This document shows, piece by piece, positions 1 to 8,616 of a stretch of DNA of 31,370 nucleotides (position 1 is the stretch's first letter; each line of letters starts with the position of its first letter). Both the position numbers and the translations under genes were made by a program. Source of the stretch: Acidobacteriota bacterium (lineage in GTDB: Archaea > Nanobdellota > Nanobdellia > Woesearchaeales > DATGWN01). The DNA is taken from NCBI GenBank assembly GCA_035299465.1, contig DATGWN010000075.1, positions 1 to 31,370 on the forward strand, written 5' to 3'. The notes beneath the pieces are model-generated. The model made no database searches. It was not told where the DNA came from and saw only the letters and a list, made by a program, of their open reading frames with translations.

Positions 1-2
1 AA

Positions 3-566
3 GAAATTAAGAAATACGATGGCAAAAAAGATATTGACATATTATTCGTTGGCAGACTTCATTTTCAAAAAAACGTCTTCCTGCTTCTTAATTCGATAGT
101 TGCCTTGCGAGAGAAACAACCTGACATTACCTGTACTATAATCGGGGACGGACCAGAATTGAAAAAGATTGAGAAGTTTATTCAGCAACATTCGCTATCA
201 AAAAATATAACGCTTAAGAAAAATACGAAGGATCACGACGAGCTATACCGCTATTACCAGCGGGCCAAGATTTTTGCATTCCCTTCACTTCTTGAAGGTT
301 TTGCCATCGTATCTTTGGAAGCAATGGCCTGCGGACTTCCTATTGTGACTATAGACGCACCTCAAAATCACGCAAAAGAGACAATAGGCAGCGGAGCTCT
401 ATACGCGAGTAACACGATCTCTGATTTTAGCCAGAAAATACAAATTCTTCTAAATGACAAAAAAATGTATCAAAGAATGAAGAATGAAAATTTGAAACGT
501 GCACAATCGTATTCTTGGACTAAAGCAACGAGACTATTGGAACGTTTATACTCGTCGCGGATTTAG
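3..566 (+). CDS. Glycosyltransferase family 1 (GT4-type), C-terminal portion; 5' end lies outside the window
   Basis: The frame is open from base 3 and the listed ORF starts at 105. It has the GT-B C-terminal hallmarks 'FVGRLHFQKN' and 'EGFAIVSLEAMACGLPIVTIDAP' (E-x7-E motif). Confidence 0.75.
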   Translation, partial: EIKKYDGKKDIDILFVGRLHFQKNVFLLLNSIVALREKQPDITCTIIGDGPELKKIEKFIQQHSLSKNITLKKNTKDHDELYRYYQRAKIFAFPSLLEGFAIVSLEAMACGLPIVTIDAPQNHAKETIGSGALYASNTISDFSQKIQILLNDKKMYQRMKNENLKRAQSYSWTKATRLLERLYSSRI

Positions 567-2006
567 ATAATATGCAGTGCTGTTCTCTAGCGAGCCATTA
601 CAGTTAAGTTCGGACAAAGCATCATCGCACAAATTCACCACTTCGCCATACTGTGCACAGGAGACGAGAGCTTTTTTGCAAGTTCCATTAACAATATAGA
701 TTGCCGTATTGAAGCAAACATTAGAAACACCGCCTTCACGCTTTAGTGTTCTTTCACAGAAAATTTCGTGAGTGGGATTATACATTTCTGGAAACACACC
801 TAACATTATCCTTGCCAAGGTGGTGTGAGACAAATAAGTTGAGTGACGAACATTCAAGTCAGAGATTCCAACAATGAATGCCTGAGATGCTATTATCACT
901 ATAAGAACGTAAGGAATGAATTTGATAGGCCGTAAGTATGAAATTTGTCTCACAATTATAAAAAAGAAAAACGGCATCAAAAGAACGGTATAACGACTTG
1001 GCCCAGCACTACCATGATTCCAATTTAGTTGCAATGCACAAAGTATTGCTATACAAAATACAACCACGATCAACGTATAATCCATAAGCCACTTGCGTTC
1101 TGCAATATAACTGTACCCAACAACAATGGGTACCAAGAGCATGCTAATTGGAATAAACGAGATCATACCTATATTCGCATCAAGGAACAATTCAATTACT
1201 TTGAGAAAGGACCAATATGCAATTGATATGTGGCCATCAATCACATTTATCTGCCCGAAATTCCAAAGATAAAAGAATGAAGGAATGAGTGCAAAAGCAA
1301 GAAAGAACACCTGATATAACTTCAGTCGCCAGTTTTGTCGATACATTGCGTTAATGCACACAAATAAAACATAAACCAATACTGCCTGATGTTGAAATGA
1401 GGCAAATATCGCGAATATAAGCGCTAGTGTTTGCCAGTTTTTGTGCAAGCAAACCAACGACATCACTAAAAAGGACGCGATGAATATTTCGACGTGGCTC
1501 CAGCGCAAATACAATAAAATAGGCGAAGTAAGTAGCAACAAACTATATGTAATTTTTTGACCAAAAGAAAATGTAGATAGAAAATGTATGAAAAATAATG
1601 CGGTTATAAGCAAAAGAGCGTTTGTTATTTGTAAAGCCTTGTATGGGTCAAAATGAGTGAGAATTAATAGTTTCATAACTCGAGCACTAATTAAAGAGTA
1701 CGCCCAAAAATGTGAACTATACAATTTTCCGTCACTTGTAGAAACGTAACCCGTGTAATTTGACAACGTACGCTGACCAAACGGATTAACTCCCTCCTTA
1801 TAGTATTCGGACAAATCTATTTCTTGCAAATCAGGCGAATCGTGATTTACAAATGACAAGGCCGTCAAATAATATTCATTACCATCACCTTGACGATAAG
1901 GAGAGAGGATCAGCATCGCACTCAGTAAAGCAACGCTTAACACAACAAACACAGTAATATTCAATCGATTTTCATTTTTTTGAAAAAAAGATTTGTGCAT
2001 ACTCAC
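546..2006 (-). CDS. Polytopic integral membrane protein, possible GT-C-type (PMT/ArnT-like) glycosyltransferase
   Basis: 486 aa with at least 10 hydrophobic helices. The first extracytoplasmic loop carries an acidic 'GDGNEYY' patch, and the C-terminal region is Cys-rich and soluble. The start overlaps the GT2 stop (ATGA at 2003-2006). Confidence 0.55.
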   Translation of the reverse strand: MSMHKSFFQKNENRLNITVFVVLSVALLSAMLILSPYRQGDGNEYYLTALSFVNHDSPDLQEIDLSEYYKEGVNPFGQRTLSNYTGYVSTSDGKLYSSHFWAYSLISARVMKLLILTHFDPYKALQITNALLLITALFFIHFLSTFSFGQKITYSLLLLTSPILLYLRWSHVEIFIASFLVMSLVCLHKNWQTLALIFAIFASFQHQAVLVYVLFVCINAMYRQNWRLKLYQVFFLAFALIPSFFYLWNFGQINVIDGHISIAYWSFLKVIELFLDANIGMISFIPISMLLVPIVVGYSYIAERKWLMDYTLIVVVFCIAILCALQLNWNHGSAGPSRYTVLLMPFFFFIIVRQISYLRPIKFIPYVLIVIIASQAFIVGISDLNVRHSTYLSHTTLARIMLGVFPEMYNPTHEIFCERTLKREGGVSNVCFNTAIYIVNGTCKKALVSCAQYGEVVNLCDDALSELNCNGSLENSTAYYLNPRRV

Positions 2007-3103
2007 TTTGTCTCAACCAGCAGAAAACTCACTAAGAACGCGCTCACAAACGCCTGAAAGGAGATCGTCGCGCCAGTCAACAAAAAGATGAGCAAGTTCG
2101 TATTCAACACCACCTGGTTAAACCACCAATCGTAAACGATCCAGCCCAGTGACGCGCTAAATCCAAGCAAAACCAAAACTGCAAACGACATAGCAATCTC
2201 AAACGGAATTTTAGCCATCGCCGTCAACAATTTCTCTTCAGCACCCAATCCACGTTGCTTCAAGACGATTTTCGCAATAAAACTCACTTGCAAAACGCTA
2301 AACCCAGTATAACACAAGAAGCTGGCAACTAATGCCGCAGAACGATAGAACGTGATAGATAGAAATTCTAATTGCCCGCCGATTGAGAACAGCAAAAGCG
2401 CTCCGCCCGTTAAGAAACTGATCATACCTATCAAGAAGAATAGGTTCAGAGGAATGTACGCAATCAAAAATCGAAGATGGCGCCAGCCATCGGCCCATGT
2501 CGATAATTTGGACTTACCGACCCGTACATGATATCGAATCGGCACTTCAACTATTTTAAAACGGTTCAGCAACGATTTAACAAGCATCTCTGACGCAAAC
2601 TCCATCCCTGTTGTTTTGCAAGAGAGAGCCTCAAAGTCTTTGCGATGTATCACTCGAAAGCCGGAATTATTATCGGTGATTCGCTGATGAAAAAGAATCG
2701 ACAAAAATCCTGAGAGAAGCGGAGTCCCGACGTATCGATGAAAAAACGGCATCGCGCCATGATCAACAACTGACCGTTTACCTATCACAAGCGTTCCTGC
2801 GCGCGATTTCTTGATAAGCGCAAGTGAATCACGAAAATCGTACGAACTATCGCAATCGGCGATCACAAATACAGAACCTGATGCGGCTGCAATGCCTTGC
2901 ATAATTGCCGCACCATAACCGATTTTATTATGTTTTACGACAGTCGCGCCATGCTGTTTTGCAATACGACCAGACGAATCAGAAGACGAATCAGACACAA
3001 TGATTTCGTACGAATGTCCCTTCATCGTATGGTGGATGGCGTCTACGCATCGTGCAACGGACTTCTCTTCATTACGACAAGGTAAAATGAAACTATACAT
3101 CAT
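2003..3103 (-). CDS. GT2 glycosyltransferase, dolichyl/polyprenyl-phosphate sugar synthase-like, with C-terminal 4-TM (GtrA-like) region
   Basis: The N-terminus 'ILPCRNEEKSV...IIVSDSSSD...' and 'VIADCDSSYD' (DXD) are typical GT2-A fold motifs. The C-terminal 120 aa are hydrophobic. Confidence 0.8.
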   Translation of the reverse strand: MMYSFILPCRNEEKSVARCVDAIHHTMKGHSYEIIVSDSSSDSSGRIAKQHGATVVKHNKIGYGAAIMQGIAAASGSVFVIADCDSSYDFRDSLALIKKSRAGTLVIGKRSVVDHGAMPFFHRYVGTPLLSGFLSILFHQRITDNNSGFRVIHRKDFEALSCKTTGMEFASEMLVKSLLNRFKIVEVPIRYHVRVGKSKLSTWADGWRHLRFLIAYIPLNLFFLIGMISFLTGGALLLFSIGGQLEFLSITFYRSAALVASFLCYTGFSVLQVSFIAKIVLKQRGLGAEEKLLTAMAKIPFEIAMSFAVLVLLGFSASLGWIVYDWWFNQVVLNTNLLIFLLTGATISFQAFVSAFLVSFLLVETK

Positions 3104-3135
3104 TATGAAAGTAGGGTAGATATCTAATTATATAG

Positions 3136-4524
3136 TTAGCTGAGAGCCGTGTCCTTCACTTTATATATAAATAAACCGTCCGTAGACAGCTCGGCCAAAA
3201 ACGAACATGTTTCAGGTTTTCTGTTTACAACATACTCAGCGCCCAATGAGCGTATAATTTCTTCTTTTTTTGCACATGTATCTGCATTGAAATACGATAG
3301 AACTGCATCTCTATTGCCTTCCTCCCATACACGCAAATACAGAGGCCTCTGCCCTGCACCTAAATACATGACATTATTCAACAATTCGTATGATAAAACT
3401 GGCGCTTGAGGTTGTGCACGAAGTACCGAAAGGGCATCAAATTCATTTTGCTTGACCATTTGACTCACGGTCTTAAATTCAATGAATTGATTATCGTAAT
3501 AACAGAATCCGACTATGAATAAAACACAGAGAACTACCACAAAAAAACTCGCACGAAGTCTAATTTTAGAGAGAAGTGTGTTTAGTTTTACCCCAGCGAA
3601 AATAATACCGATTGATCCCAACAATATGGTTGCAACCATAAGAAGGTAATAGTTTCGTTCAGCCGGCACTAATATGCTGAACTTGAAGAATATATACAAT
3701 AAAGCATTACAAGAAGTTATCAATGCAAGCCAAACTAAAACGATGAATGATTTAGCATGTGCGACCTTATTAAATTTTATTACATAAATAGCTAATATCG
3801 AAAAAATAAGTAGTGGAATACCACACAGGAAAAAAATATTGAACATTGAAATACTGTTTATGTCTGTATCTCCAAAGAATAGTAAGGATTGAATTGTGTA
3901 TCCAAACTTAAAATGTGCTACATATAATAAGGCTGCCCCGAAAAGAATACCCACAGCCAAAATGCGCTTGGACCTGTATACAATTAGACCTAAAATACCG
4001 ACAACAATCGCTGTGGGTGGATGAACAAAGCACGTAGCCACTAAAACTAACACATACTTCCATGTCACGGTCCTTGCCCGTAATGTAACTAGCGCAAGTA
4101 TGAGCAATGAAACGCCCAAAGACATTGGGACACCGTACAGAATCCCTAGAAGCTTAGCATTCGATGGCAGAGCGCCATACAAGCATAGGGCTACGATACT
4201 TATCCGCTTGTCGTCAAAGAGTTTCCACAAACCAATTCCTGCTAACACAATACAGGTCAACGTAACGATAAAATATCCCGACAGTGGAACCAATAACAGC
4301 CAGAATGCGACAAATATGATGAAACCCGCTTCCATATGAAAAAGTGCGGACCAATCGCCATCGAGGAACTGCTGAGCCAACGTAGCATGGCGCCATTCAT
4401 CGTTATGCCAAGGCAAAAAAAGAGTCGCTCGCTGTACGTAAAACGACACCAGAAGAATCAAAATAACGCATAAGTATAATCCAAACAATAATTTTTTTTC
4501 TTTATACTTATTTCGTAAAGACAT
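3136..4524 (-). CDS. Polytopic integral membrane protein with C-terminal soluble domain; second possible GT-C-type glycosyltransferase
   Basis: 462 aa with many TM helices. The first loop has an 'HNDEWRH' acidic motif. The C-terminal domain of about 110 aa is soluble. Confidence 0.55.
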   Translation of the reverse strand: MSLRNKYKEKKLLFGLYLCVILILLVSFYVQRATLFLPWHNDEWRHATLAQQFLDGDWSALFHMEAGFIIFVAFWLLLVPLSGYFIVTLTCIVLAGIGLWKLFDDKRISIVALCLYGALPSNAKLLGILYGVPMSLGVSLLILALVTLRARTVTWKYVLVLVATCFVHPPTAIVVGILGLIVYRSKRILAVGILFGAALLYVAHFKFGYTIQSLLFFGDTDINSISMFNIFFLCGIPLLIFSILAIYVIKFNKVAHAKSFIVLVWLALITSCNALLYIFFKFSILVPAERNYYLLMVATILLGSIGIIFAGVKLNTLLSKIRLRASFFVVVLCVLFIVGFCYYDNQFIEFKTVSQMVKQNEFDALSVLRAQPQAPVLSYELLNNVMYLGAGQRPLYLRVWEEGNRDAVLSYFNADTCAKKEEIIRSLGAEYVVNRKPETCSFLAELSTDGLFIYKVKDTALS

Positions 4525-4548
4525 TGCTTAAAGACGGAACAAAGGATT

Positions 4549-4555
4549 AAAAAAA
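4549..4555 (-). terminator. Oligo-T tract (T7 on the transcribed strand) 6 nt after the stop of the three-gene secreted-protein unit
   Basis: The plus strand reads 'ttaaaaaaag' immediately below the stop at 4562, which fits the archaeal oligo-T terminator pattern. Confidence 0.35.
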
Positions 4556-4561
4556 GTATCG

Positions 4562-5296
4562 CTAGCAGTAAGGACATAAATCGCCTGCGTTTGGTGCAGG
4601 ATCTGGGCAACATGCATATGGACAAATTACTTCACATTGAGCGCAATAAACACTCCATCCGCCTTCATCGAAAGGGCTATTATCGTTGTTATCACAAGTA
4701 CCGTCACAATTTTCATTTCCTCGGCAATTTCCACCACAAGCATCACAATTACATGGCGCATCAATAGGACCCGAAGGTGCAACCGAGCAATGATCCCAGG
4801 GATCGTGTTTGCCTGGTCCTTCTTCAATGATACCAGGAGCGTCATAGTGAGGCTCACCTGGCGAACAGCGCCCGTTACATGAAGATCCTAAACCTGGTAA
4901 GCTACCTGCAGCTGAAGCTGCATTACATGTACCATCGCAAGAAATTGTACCCCACTGTTCATCGTGTGCATGGCCATCAATACATGTATATTCGTTACGA
5001 CATTGGTTCACACCAGCATATCGGAAGCAAACAGCAGTTGAATAATTTGAGAAGGAATTAAATTCCCCGCGAGTAGCAGTACTTACAAAAATGCTTGTTG
5101 AACCGCTGTTATTAAAATAAAATTCACCAGTCGAAATTTCAGAAGCCCCATTCCAATATTCTGTCGAATAAGGAGTTGTGACTACAACATTCGTACCAGG
5201 TGGAACAATAATTCCACTTGAATTGTCATCAGCCTGTACAAGCATAATAAGTGAAAAAGAAAGCAAAATCCAGAGTATAAATTTGAGCTTCATCAT
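4562..5296 (-). CDS. Secreted cysteine-rich protein (signal peptide + beta-rich N-domain + C-terminal domain with about 30 Cys)
   Basis: The N-terminus 'MMKLKFILWILLSFSLIMLVQA' looks like a signal peptide. The C-terminal half is dense in C-x2-4-C spacing and ends '...CPDPAPNAGDLCPYC'. It starts 12 nt downstream of the 1095-aa gene. Confidence 0.7.
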   Translation of the reverse strand: MMKLKFILWILLSFSLIMLVQADDNSSGIIVPPGTNVVVTTPYSTEYWNGASEISTGEFYFNNSGSTSIFVSTATRGEFNSFSNYSTAVCFRYAGVNQCRNEYTCIDGHAHDEQWGTISCDGTCNAASAAGSLPGLGSSCNGRCSPGEPHYDAPGIIEEGPGKHDPWDHCSVAPSGPIDAPCNCDACGGNCRGNENCDGTCDNNDNSPFDEGGWSVYCAQCEVICPYACCPDPAPNAGDLCPYC

Positions 5297-5308
5297 AAAT
5301 TGTCCTTT

Positions 5309-8300
5309 CTAATCACTAAGTGCTGCAATTTGCGCTTTCAACTCATCGATTTGTTGCTGTTGAGCGTCAATCATGCGTTGTTGTTCTTGTACTGCTGCGA
5401 CAAGAGGAGCAACCATGTTGCCGTATTGGACTGACTTGAGTCCTGAAGCATCAGTATTTACAACTTGTGGAAGTACTTTCTCGACGTCCTGAGCGATGAA
5501 ACCGATTTGCGTGTTCATGTCAGCGGAATCTTTCCATTCAAACGTAACTGGCTTGAGTGCAAGTACCTTGGAAAGCATTGATTCGTCGTTGAGCTGTCGT
5601 ACGTTCTTCTTCAAACTTGCATCTGAAGTATACCAGTAAGCTGTTGCACCGACTGCGCCGTTGACTCGTAATTTGTATGTTGAAGGAGCGACACCAATAC
5701 CGACGTTTGTAGCGTCATCTTGGATGATTGAGTTTGTTAATGTCGTGCCTGCAGACCATTTCGGAATGTATGCAGCAGTACCGCTACCGCCGATACCACC
5801 AGCTGCTGCTGCCCAGTAACCTTCGTTTGTCCCGTCAGAAGTCCAAACTTGTCCGTTTGTACCTGCTGATGTGATGAAATATGCTCCATTCTGAACTTTT
5901 GCAGCTGTAAGTGTACCGTCTGCCAAGTCATCAAGATCCGCGTCGTATGCTTGGACGTTCGATCCGATTGCAAGACCCAAATTTGTTCGCGCAGTTGCAG
6001 CGTCGTTTGCGCCTGTACCACCGCGAGCGACTTCAATTGCACCTAGTGTAAAGAATGCAGTTGCTGAATCACCTGATAATGCGTTACCAGCTTCGCCGTC
6101 ACCAGCCGCATAGTTTCCAGTTGTATCAGTACCCAATGCAACACTATCTGCCGCAATTGTAGCGCCAACAACACCTGGACCAGTAGCAGTAACGTCACCA
6201 GTCAATTGACTGATACCGTTTCCGCCGCCGTCAGTACCACAAGTGAATGTGTTCGTACCAGTATCATAAAGAAGTTTGCTTGTTCCTGCAACATCACAAT
6301 CAGGGATAGTTTGTGCTTGCCAGCCGCTGCCGCCTGCACCAACCATGACTGCGTCTTCTGTTGCAGAAGTCAATCCAGTACCACCGCGAGTATATTCGAT
6401 TGCACCTGAACTGAAGAATGCCGTTGCTGAGTCACCAGTAAGTGCTGCACCAGCTTCTGCGTCACCAGCCGCGTAGTTACCCGTTGTTTCTGTACTGAGC
6501 GTAATAGCGCCATCAGACAAGGAAATCAAGTTGAAAGTTGGACTTGCCGCAGTGTGTATATCTTGAGGCAATGATAAAGTTGGAGCACCAGAGAGACCGT
6601 CACCATTAGAAACGGAAACTTGGTTTGCCGTACCTGTGATTGTTCTTGTCGTGAATGTATCCGCACCAGTTCGAACGACAATACCTGTCGAAGCGAGTTG
6701 GTGGATTGCTAGAGCCTGACCAGTAAGACCGATTGTTCCAGTCGTAGTGATTGGACCGCCTGTGACACCGTTGTTTGTTGCAATGTTAGTAACCGAACCA
6801 GCGATTGCTGAAATTGGAATACATTGTACACCGCTCGTCGTTGTATTTTCAACAACTGTGCCTGCCGCACATGTGCCAGGCACTGATTTTGCGTTTAATT
6901 GAGTTTGAATCGCTGACGTGACACCGTTGACATATCCAAGTTCTGTTGCAGTAGTAGTTGCAACTGCGACCTTACCTGAACCATCAGAAACGAGTGCGCG
7001 AGATGCAGTCAAATCTGAACTAGTGATAGATGTTGCACCACCAGTGATAGTTGCTTGCTTGCCGTTAAGTTGAGTTTGAATAGCTGATGTGACACCCGAT
7101 ACATAACCAAGTTCAGCAGCTGTTGTCGCTGAAACTGCGACTTTACCTGAACCATCTGATGCAAGTGCGCGGGATGCAGTCAAGTCCGAACCAGTGATAG
7201 ATGTTGCACCACCAGTGATAGTTGCTTGCTTGCCGTTAAGTTGAGTTTGGATCGCTGATGTGACACCTGAAACATAGCCGAGTTCTGTCGCTGTTGTTGC
7301 GGAAACGGATACAAGTCCTGAACCATCAGACGCAAGTGCGCGCGAAGTAGTCAAAGCAGGAAGTCGTGCAAATGGAACTGTACCAGATTGCATAGTGCCA
7401 GAAAGCCATAAGTCTGTCCATCGTGCACCCGTTGAACCAAGATTGAATGTCGCCGAAATGTTAGGCAAGAAGTCGCCGTTCACCGCAGTAGCTGCAGCAA
7501 GGTAGACATCGCCAGATTGTACGATGAGATCGCCGCCGAGGACGAGATTACCAGTAATTTGCGTTGCACCAGCAACGTTGAGCTTGAATGCACCTGGCGA
7601 GCTTGTACCGATACCGATGTTTCCACCAGTCTGATACATTTGCGAAGATGCAATCGTTGAACCGCCTGTGAAATATGATATATTGCCTGCGTCACCAGTA
7701 CCGTCGATACCACCTGCGCCTGCAATTGATGAACAAGTGTAAGAACTGTTAGTGATTGCTGTGAGAACTTGGCCACCGCCACATGTTCCGACTGCGCTCT
7801 TAGTCATCGCTAAATCATACGCCAGCTTAGCTGCGTTTGGTGTAGCGGATGTGTTTGTTGACGAAGATTGAACACCATCAGTAAGCATGACGACACCGAT
7901 CTGCGCCGTTGTACCAGGGCGAATCTGCTGATTTGATGCACCAGTTATACGACCTTGAGCGTCGATTGCGATTTGAGGACTTGAAATTGTGTCACCATAT
8001 GTTGCTGGAGTGACTGCTGTGTTCGCAAGGTTAAGTGTAATACCACCGGAAAGCGAACCACCGCCAGAAAGACCAGTACCTGCAGTAACTGATGGATTAC
8101 CTGAAATTCTTGCCCATGGAACTGAACCATTTTGAAGATCTCCAGACCAACCAACATCACCGTAGACGTGCAATCTATATAATGGGACGACTGGACCTAC
8201 ACCGATTTTGTCGCCAAAATCAATGATGATAGAATCGCCGATTTCACTTTCGTTGTTGAACTTAGGAACACGATTAGAATTACCTTTTGATGTAACGTTA

Positions 8301-8596
8301 CCTACGCCGCCGACACCGCCAGTTGGCCATGAACCACGGCAATCTGCACCGATGCATAGACCACTAGAACCACGAGCATAACCTGTGACATCAAGCGCTT
8401 GCGTTGGAGTGCCCGTTCCGATACCGACTTTACCCGAAGTACCGTTTACAACGAGATAATCGATAGATGGTGATGATGAATTCTCAATGACAAAATCTCG
8501 AGCATATGCTACTGGAGAAAATGCGAAGAGTAGTAATACCAAGATACTGATTAATTTAGTTGCTGATGTCATTCCCCCTATTCCCCCAGTTCTCAT
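5309..8596 (-). CDS. Giant secreted Gly/Thr/Ser-rich tail-fibre-like surface protein with C-terminal intramolecular-chaperone (peptidase S74-like) autoproteolytic domain
   Basis: Signal peptide. Repeated 'G-x-VGIGT-x-x-P-x-x-KL-x-V-x-G' motifs and three 57-aa tandem repeats. The C-terminal 105 aa, '[11 protein letters not shown]...[10 protein letters not shown]...[15 protein letters not shown]...' followed by a coiled coil, match the phage tail-spike chaperone domain. Confidence 0.8.
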   Translation of the reverse strand: MRTGGIGGMTSATKLISILVLLLFAFSPVAYARDFVIENSSSPSIDYLVVNGTSGKVGIGTGTPTQALDVTGYARGSSGLCIGADCRGSWPTGGVGGVGNVTSKGNSNRVPKFNNESEIGDSIIIDFGDKIGVGPVVPLYRLHVYGDVGWSGDLQNGSVPWARISGNPSVTAGTGLSGGGSLSGGITLNLANTAVTPATYGDTISSPQIAIDAQGRITGASNQQIRPGTTAQIGVVMLTDGVQSSSTNTSATPNAAKLAYDLAMTKSAVGTCGGGQVLTAITNSSYTCSSIAGAGGIDGTGDAGNISYFTGGSTIASSQMYQTGGNIGIGTSSPGAFKLNVAGATQITGNLVLGGDLIVQSGDVYLAAATAVNGDFLPNISATFNLGSTGARWTDLWLSGTMQSGTVPFARLPALTTSRALASDGSGLVSVSATTATELGYVSGVTSAIQTQLNGKQATITGGATSITGSDLTASRALASDGSGKVAVSATTAAELGYVSGVTSAIQTQLNGKQATITGGATSITSSDLTASRALVSDGSGKVAVATTTATELGYVNGVTSAIQTQLNAKSVPGTCAAGTVVENTTTSGVQCIPISAIAGSVTNIATNNGVTGGPITTTGTIGLTGQALAIHQLASTGIVVRTGADTFTTRTITGTANQVSVSNGDGLSGAPTLSLPQDIHTAASPTFNLISLSDGAITLSTETTGNYAAGDAEAGAALTGDSATAFFSSGAIEYTRGGTGLTSATEDAVMVGAGGSGWQAQTIPDCDVAGTSKLLYDTGTNTFTCGTDGGGNGISQLTGDVTATGPGVVGATIAADSVALGTDTTGNYAAGDGEAGNALSGDSATAFFTLGAIEVARGGTGANDAATARTNLGLAIGSNVQAYDADLDDLADGTLTAAKVQNGAYFITSAGTNGQVWTSDGTNEGYWAAAAGGIGGSGTAAYIPKWSAGTTLTNSIIQDDATNVGIGVAPSTYKLRVNGAVGATAYWYTSDASLKKNVRQLNDESMLSKVLALKPVTFEWKDSADMNTQIGFIAQDVEKVLPQVVNTDASGLKSVQYGNMVAPLVAAVQEQQRMIDAQQQQIDELKAQIAALSD
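6880..7392 (-). repeat. Three tandem 171-bp (57-aa) repeats inside the 1095-aa gene
   Basis: 'ttgagtttgaat...' recurs at 6899, 7070 and 7241. The protein unit is '[12 protein letters not shown](K/L)V(A/S)VSATTA(T/A)[31 protein letters not shown](G/S)SDL'. Confidence 0.85.
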
Positions 8597-8616
8597 GTTT
8601 GTACTCTGTACTCTTT

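Noticed and set aside
1029-1226. Plus-strand 65-aa ORF
   Set aside because: It is embedded antisense in the 486-aa membrane-protein gene and has no independent support.
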